Shown piece after piece: positions 25,249-25,888 of a stretch of 25,888 nucleotides of DNA. Numbering within the stretch: the stretch's first letter is position 1; every line of letters starts with the position of its first letter. Origin of the DNA: a virus. Its lineage: Duplodnaviria > Caudoviricetes. A model generated the notes under the pieces. That model was not told the DNA's origin and searched no databases. It saw nothing but the letters and a program-made list of their open reading frames with translations. The position numbers were made by a program, and so were the translations under genes. Location: the IMG/VR virus record IMGVR_UViG_3300025529_000035, positions 1-25,888 of that record; one strand, written 5' to 3'.

Positions 25249-25547
25249 GGGTCCTTCTCGTTGAACAAGTCCCTGAGCTTCTGCACAGGGGGTGGTGGGT
25301 TGTCGAGCACTTCCAGGAAGGCTTCGAACTGCTGCTCAGGCAGCGAAAATAGCCGTTGATCGAGAAGGACATCGACCGCATGCTGCTTCGCACTTTCCAA
25401 AACAAATTCAGTTCTCGTCTTTCCCATGACGGCCGCGGCCGTATCAATGAGTTCCTTTGTCTTGCTCGGAATTCTTACGTTTATTACAGCGTCGCGTCTG
25501 GTTTCCTTCTCATGGTGTGCCCGACTCTTTGCGAGGGCGGCGCTCAT
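25236..25547 (-). CDS. DUF1778 ribbon-helix-helix antitoxin (AtaR/TacA/KacA family)
   Basis: INVRI...KELIDTAAAVMGKTRTEFVLESA...FLEVLDNPP; AGGAG RBS. Confidence 0.92.
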   Translation of the reverse strand: MSAALAKSRAHHEKETRRDAVINVRIPSKTKELIDTAAAVMGKTRTEFVLESAKQHAVDVLLDQRLFSLPEQQFEAFLEVLDNPPPPVQKLRDLFNEKDPWER

Positions 25548-25660
25548 CTGATTTTCTCCTGTTCGGACTTTTTATTTATGGCATTTATGAGTTATATTGA
25601 TTGGTCGTTCCAATGGGAGCGCTCTTGGGCTCCCCCTCTCCCCTTGGAGACGACACGGGT

Positions 25661-25693
25661 TTTATGCCCACCTGTATGCACGTTGTCAATACA
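25661..25693 (-). promoter_or_regulatory. Sigma70 promoter of the TA operon with an overlapping palindromic operator
   Basis: TTGACA (25689-25684), N17, CATAAA (25666-25661); inverted repeat TGTAT-N11-ATACA (25673-25693) spans the -35 box. Confidence 0.7.
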
Positions 25694-25888
25694 CGAACGT
25701 GTGCGCGAACGTGTGGTTCCAGGCAGCCCGAATTGCAGTTAGCGTGCCTGTGCTCAGATCGGACTCCTTGAATGGCATCAAGAGTGGTCGGGCATGCTCT
25801 CCAAGCGCCCCGATCAGAAAAAGCACTCCGGGGAACGCCCTCCCGGTCGGCTGTACGCCGAGCGACCACCGCAGCGCCTTCCGTCCCT

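Noticed and set aside
25585-25869. ORFs 25585-25869 (-) and 25356-25742 (+)
   Set aside because: They overlap the TA promoter or antitoxin and have no protein-like features.

Overview
High-GC window containing almost the whole late (morphogenesis) region of a short-tailed, BPP-1/T7-architecture podovirus, probably a prophage of an alphaproteobacterium. Minus-strand gene order is terS, terL, portal, scaffold, major capsid, decoration protein, tail tube A and B, three internal/ejection proteins (one with a lytic transglycosylase domain), a beta-helix tailspike and the 5' end of an endolysin. A complete IS3-family element (318-1671, 5-bp target duplication) splits a small membrane-protein gene. 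Right of terS is an accessory cluster: a GIY-YIG/T5orf172-type gene, a small Zn-finger protein and a DUF1778-GNAT toxin-antitoxin pair. The strongest unannotated signal is regulatory. The exact 10-mer TGTGCGGTGC occurs 8 times, each oriented with and upstream of a gene start. All 7 minus-strand copies are followed exactly 19 nt later by an (C/G)A-NNN-T -10-like hexamer, which suggests a phage-specific, activator-dependent late promoter family. A perfect CtrA box (TTAA-N7-TTAAC) lies between terS and terL. Product calls come from motif and synteny recognition by eye; no database searches were run.
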